Shown here piece after piece: positions 59,850-64,000 of a stretch of 64,000 nucleotides of DNA; position 1 is the first letter of the stretch; the number at the start of each line of letters is the position of its first letter. The notes under the pieces are model-generated. The model saw nothing but the letters and a program-made list of their open reading frames with translations. It was not told the origin of the DNA and ran no database searches. Source of the stretch: a virus. Location: IMG/VR virus record IMGVR_UViG_3300043442_000189, one strand, 5' to 3'. A program made the translations under genes and the position numbers.

Positions 59850-61253
59850 TTATAGGAATGAACTAATTAAATCACCAAACATGTACCAATTAGAATTACC
59901 AGAAAGTGACCAAGCATTTTGTTTTACAAGTGTGACACCACTTCCTGTACTTCTTAGTCTATTCATACTATCAGCACTGGTTAAAACAACATTTGTAGTT
60001 GCTGTAAGAGCTGTACCTGGAGTTACTGATGATGGGATATTAACCACATATGTACCAGCACCCCCTGTAGTACCTGATGATTGAGATACAATAACAGTTC
60101 CTGAATTAACACCAGTACCGCTAACTGTAGCTCCTGGATATAGCGTACCTGAAGCTACAGCAGTAACTGTCAAAGTAGTTCCTGATATACCACCAGTTAC
60201 AGATGCCGCTCCTGGAACAACTACATCGACGTTTACACCGGAACCGGAAAGTTTTACAATCATTGTTTGAGCACCTACTGGATAAGTTGAATCTGATAAG
60301 TTTGGTACAATAATCTGAATATTTGAACTACTGTTAACAAGAATTACTTTACCAACATCAGTTGCGCTTAATATATGAGTAGACACAGCTCCGGTAATAG
60401 TAACAAATCCTGCTACAGTTGCTGCTGCAGTTACTGCAGAATATCCAATAGATTGTGGAGTAGTTACAGTTGACCAGTCTGCTGTAGTTGTTGTAGCATC
60501 AGTATCATCATTGGATACAAATAAAGACAATCTATAAAGAGTTTGTCCTGATCCTGGTGTTCCGATAGTTTGACTCCAACCGTTTAATGTTGCAGGGTTT
60601 GAAAATGTACCATTTGCCCACGTGTAGACGGATGTTCCTGAAGGAAGTAATGTTGGTATACCATTATTCCACAAATACAAATCCATATATGCAGATCTTC
60701 TACCAGCAGGTCCTTCTAAACCTAACTGCGCCCAGTAAATATTTGATGAAACTCCATCCATTATAGGTAGATTGAAACCTGCAGGAGGAGTAGCTGTATC
60801 ATTATACATCCAGTATGTGTAGTAGATATTTGTTCCTGGATCTACGTATGATACAACATCATTATATACATAGTTTGCCGTAGCAATATTCCAAGTACCT
60901 CTCCAATTCAAACCATTAGGAATACTAACAGTATTAAATTTAATAATACTATTTTCACCAGGTGTAAATGGGTCAGTTTTTTGAACATACTGAGAAGAAC
61001 TTTCTGTTTTTTCATAAATTTCAGTGAATCCTGCAGGGTCTGCGTATAGTTGAAAATTTACACCACCACCTCCACCACCACCAATAGCAGCAGCAAGGTC
61101 ACTAAGTGTCATTGCATAGGGTTGCCAGGTATCTTGTTTTTTCAAACTACCTGCAGTGTTAGTACCAATAATGACTAAGTCATTATTTAAATCTCTTGGT
61201 GTCTTAGCTAGTCTTTTAGACTTTAGTAGATCTGACCAGTTATTAATTTGCAT
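59850..61253 (-). CDS. Tail fibre protein
   Basis: N-terminal anchor plus poly-Gly hinge; [14 protein letters not shown] module; [19 protein letters not shown] module. Confidence 0.65.
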   Translation of the reverse strand: MQINNWSDLLKSKRLAKTPRDLNNDLVIIGTNTAGSLKKQDTWQPYAMTLSDLAAAIGGGGGGGVNFQLYADPAGFTEIYEKTESSSQYVQKTDPFTPGENSIIKFNTVSIPNGLNWRGTWNIATANYVYNDVVSYVDPGTNIYYTYWMYNDTATPPAGFNLPIMDGVSSNIYWAQLGLEGPAGRRSAYMDLYLWNNGIPTLLPSGTSVYTWANGTFSNPATLNGWSQTIGTPGSGQTLYRLSLFVSNDDTDATTTTADWSTVTTPQSIGYSAVTAAATVAGFVTITGAVSTHILSATDVGKVILVNSSSNIQIIVPNLSDSTYPVGAQTMIVKLSGSGVNVDVVVPGAASVTGGISGTTLTVTAVASGTLYPGATVSGTGVNSGTVIVSQSSGTTGGAGTYVVNIPSSVTPGTALTATTNVVLTSADSMNRLRSTGSGVTLVKQNAWSLSGNSNWYMFGDLISSFL

Positions 61254-61273
61254 ATATCTTTGTTTTTAAATTT

Positions 61274-64000
61274 TTAAACTGCGTAAGGTGCACATATTCC
61301 CTTAATAGTAGTATTACTAGTTAAAATATAAATGAAATTATTAGGTTCACCGTTTAAAATTATAGGGAGGCTCTTAGTAATATATAATGAATACTGACTA
61401 GGATTTCCACCTACTGATTGCGGTATGCTTCCTATTATATAATCATCTGTTACGTTATAAGCTTCAAAACTAGTATTAACAGAACTTTCATCAAAACTTA
61501 GTGTTCTTTTGTAAAAAACAAAAATTCTTTTACTATTAATGACTTTTTCAGTTACATGTCCTATAACTCCTAAAGACCACGTATCAAGAATATTATGGTT
61601 GAAGTCTACTTCATATAGGGTTTGACGACCAGCATCAGCTATTAACATAGTATCAGTACTTTCTGAATAAGTTATTGTTTGCGACTGTTGCGTAGTAAAA
61701 GGTACTGGTGTTGCATCATATACATGCATCGTTACCATACCTGTTTCTAAATTCAAACTTCCATAGACACTTTCGCTTGAACCTTGTGGAAACCAAAAAT
61801 AACTTTGCAAAACTTCATCAGGATTAGCATCATTATATTTTATATTAAAATTTAAGTCAGACACGGGCATATCTAATTTGTCTTGAGCAGCTCCTGTATA
61901 ACTAGTTCCAATAGCTAATGAGTTTAAATTAAATGTTGTAACAACAATGTAACCACTTTGAGGGGAAACACTAGTTGCTCTTCTAACTACATATAATTGA
62001 CCATTAAATACATAAACTTGACAACCACCTCCAAATACATTATAAGCATCTTCTGATTGCGCTATTGATAAATCTAATAAGGAATAAACTTGATCTATTT
62101 GATTAGTCGATAAATTAAATTTTATAACAAATTGACTACTGCCAGCTGCTTGACTATCTGAAACGTTATATTGAGTATTATTTGGTGTTGTATTAGATGC
62201 TGTAAAATAAAAAGAATTAGTTTCTGTTGAATACGCAAAATTAGTACTGAGTACAAAACTCGTACCGGCATAATTAACTATTGGTTGTAAATCATCTTCC
62301 GAAAGTAATGAAATTATTGTTTGATTAGTATAATCAAACATTGAAATTACAGAAGAAATTGATGTATTATTAAGAGTTGTAGAACTTGCTGGACCATACG
62401 CGTATAATTTATCACCTAGTCTTATAAAAGACTTTGCACCACCTCCACCAGTAATAACACCATCATTAATATACGAAATTAGCTGTATACCACCATTAGG
62501 AAATACACATTCAGGAGCTGGAGTAGGAGCAGTAGTACAACATGTATCAAACCAAGCAGAACCACTATACATATACAACTTATTCAATGTTGTATTAAAA
62601 TAGATGGTACCAGCTTGAGGATTAGCAGGATGAACTTCAAAGGTAGGTAGTGTAAATCTGCTTAATGCTTGTAAGTTTTCTATTCTATAATTTTCACTAG
62701 AATCCCCTATAAGCGCCCTTCTTCCAGTAAAACTTGTAGAATCTTCTAAATCTCCAAATATGTTACCTGTACCTTGATCTAATACATCTGCTACAGGCAT
62801 GTTCATAGAAGTGACATCGCTAGTCTCTGAAGGATTCAATGGATCAAAACTATAAATAGTATCGTCAATCTGTATCTTATGAGCATCTTCTAAACGATAT
62901 TTATACTTTACAGGAGCAAGACCTTGTCTCTTAAAGTTATCCATATTAACTTTAGTAGTTCCTGATGTTACAAAAATATGAGCGCTGTACTTACTCAAGT
63001 AAGTCGTCTCATCTTCTCTATTAGTAGGATCTTTAGAATAACAAGATGTACCTGTAATATTAGATCCGCCTGTAAATAAGAAACTAGTTCCTTTAATGAA
63101 GTTTACATTGTCAGAACCGATATCATTAACAAGCATTGTTCCTGCTGAATTAGGTATTGTAATACCTAAGTTGTTAGGAATATTAGATCTTACTTCGCAA
63201 ACTTCTGCACCACAACTGTTTAGAGTAACAGAGTTTGCATTTCTCATCCAGTAACCAACACCATTTGAATCAGATGCACAGCTTGTAAGTGTAGAATATG
63301 TAGTATCATTAATACAGAAACCTGCTAAGTAGTTACCTGATGCATAACAAGCATCTAAAGTAGTACTGGTAGTGCTACCAGCAATATAGAATCCATGACC
63401 CGCTGCGTTTCTTACACGAACGTTTTGAAGTTTAGACGCCATACCACCATAGATCATAACACCATGTTGTTTAGCACCACTTACCAAAACCTCACTGATC
63501 ATTACATTGTTCAAGTTAGAGTTTGGTTGATCTACGTTTCCTTCAGCAAGCATAATACCACCAGCACCTACCGTACTGTAACTAACAGTACCTCCTACAG
63601 AAGTATATATAGACTTCACACCTACAAAATCACAGTTCATTATTGTAAGTGAGTCCCAAGATGACCATGCTGGTCCGGTAGGTCTTGTATAAACATGATA
63701 TCCTGTATTAGGAGATTCCAATATAAAACGGGTAGAACCGTTTGTAGAAAGACTATCTTTTGCAGAACGACTAACACCAATAATTGTTACATTGGGCGCT
63801 TGAATATTAAACATGTTTACATCACCAGCAGCCTTCATAATGAAATCACCTTCGCTAAACAATAGGGTGATTCCAGGACGGGTGATTGTAATAGTTCCTG
63901 TAATTGTTTGAGAAGGTGTGGTATTTGATGTAAAACCACTACAGTCAAATACTGTACCTTCAGGATAAGCTGTGCTTGTACACGCATTTTGTAATTTCGC
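61274..64000 (-). CDS. Tailspike with parallel beta-helix (pectate-lyase-like) domain, 5'-truncated by the window edge
   Basis: Frame is open from 64000 (AKLQNACTSTAYPEG...), so the track's TTG start at 63862 is not the true start; GxxI-type coils (HGVMIYGG, HGFYIAGS, AGFCINDT, VGYWMRNA). Confidence 0.75.
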   Translation of the reverse strand, partial: AKLQNACTSTAYPEGTVFDCSGFTSNTTPSQTITGTITITRPGITLLFSEGDFIMKAAGDVNMFNIQAPNVTIIGVSRSAKDSLSTNGSTRFILESPNTGYHVYTRPTGPAWSSWDSLTIMNCDFVGVKSIYTSVGGTVSYSTVGAGGIMLAEGNVDQPNSNLNNVMISEVLVSGAKQHGVMIYGGMASKLQNVRVRNAAGHGFYIAGSTTSTTLDACYASGNYLAGFCINDTTYSTLTSCASDSNGVGYWMRNANSVTLNSCGAEVCEVRSNIPNNLGITIPNSAGTMLVNDIGSDNVNFIKGTSFLFTGGSNITGTSCYSKDPTNREDETTYLSKYSAHIFVTSGTTKVNMDNFKRQGLAPVKYKYRLEDAHKIQIDDTIYSFDPLNPSETSDVTSMNMPVADVLDQGTGNIFGDLEDSTSFTGRRALIGDSSENYRIENLQALSRFTLPTFEVHPANPQAGTIYFNTTLNKLYMYSGSAWFDTCCTTAPTPAPECVFPNGGIQLISYINDGVITGGGGAKSFIRLGDKLYAYGPASSTTLNNTSISSVISMFDYTNQTIISLLSEDDLQPIVNYAGTSFVLSTNFAYSTETNSFYFTASNTTPNNTQYNVSDSQAAGSSQFVIKFNLSTNQIDQVYSLLDLSIAQSEDAYNVFGGGCQVYVFNGQLYVVRRATSVSPQSGYIVVTTFNLNSLAIGTSYTGAAQDKLDMPVSDLNFNIKYNDANPDEVLQSYFWFPQGSSESVYGSLNLETGMVTMHVYDATPVPFTTQQSQTITYSESTDTMLIADAGRQTLYEVDFNHNILDTWSLGVIGHVTEKVINSKRIFVFYKRTLSFDESSVNTSFEAYNVTDDYIIGSIPQSVGGNPSQYSLYITKSLPIILNGEPNNFIYILTSNTTIKGICAPYAV

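Larger units (their letters stand above)
1..64000 (-). mobile_element. Bacteriophage genome segment: virion/late gene module of a Crassvirales-like podophage
   Basis: Co-oriented terminase-portal-scaffold-MCP-ring-muzzle-giant cargo gene order typical of crAss-like phages; no cellular housekeeping genes; dense coding with overlapping stop/start codons. Confidence 0.9.

Noticed and set aside
55-63652. Other short plus-strand and nested ORFs in the track (e.g. 6533-7045, 15131-15625, 44789-45202)
   Set aside because: They lie entirely opposite or inside long genes and have Ser/Phe/Leu-rich antisense-type composition
1-64000. Stop-codon reassignment (known in some Crassvirales)
   Set aside because: Genes up to 9 kb are uninterrupted in code 11, and TAG and TGA terminate genes at tight gene junctions
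1-64000. tRNA genes, introns/inteins, or a DGR template/variable repeat pair
   Set aside because: Intergenic gaps are too short and lack cloverleafs; terL, portal and MCP are contiguous; no reverse transcriptase or adenine-specific repeat pair noticed by eye (a dot-plot would be decisive)

Overview
The whole window is the virion (late) module of a large lytic Crassvirales-like podophage that probably infects a Bacteroidota host. All about 50 credible genes lie on the minus strand in the standard code, and roughly 40 short plus-strand or nested ORFs in the track are shadows. Reading right to left (transcription direction): several receptor-binding fibres and a beta-helix spike; a holin-like protein; a non-structural cluster under a canonical Bacteroidota TTTG-N19-TAnnTTTG promoter (wHTH, HU/IHF-like, PD-(D/E)XK nuclease, SET-domain methyltransferase, PhoH); terminase large subunit, portal, scaffold and major capsid protein; a run of small Lys/Arg-rich proteins; a Dps/ferritin-like protein; Cys-rich FN3/vWA/Asp-box decoration proteins; ring and muzzle tail proteins; then the cargo/ejection proteins (1334, 775, 855, 1063 and 3029 aa, plus a giant ORF running off the left edge). 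Main leads: (1) a [MYFK]-[QK]-x-G-G motif found about 20 times, concentrated in six candidate internal proteins, which divides the 1334-aa peptidoglycan hydrolase into domains and may be a cleavage or packaging signal; (2) two unannotated, 22-aa micro-ORFs that each repeat the N-terminal helix of the fibre-region gene just downstream; (3) an intact SET domain in the same genome as lysine-rich core-like proteins; (4) a 3'-UTR stem-loop whose loop is antisense to an AAACCAAC box next to four start codons; (5) a repeated intergenic GTAWMTTATW putative late promoter. No tRNA, rRNA, CRISPR array, intron or integrase was seen. Family assignments come from motif recognition and memory, not database searches.
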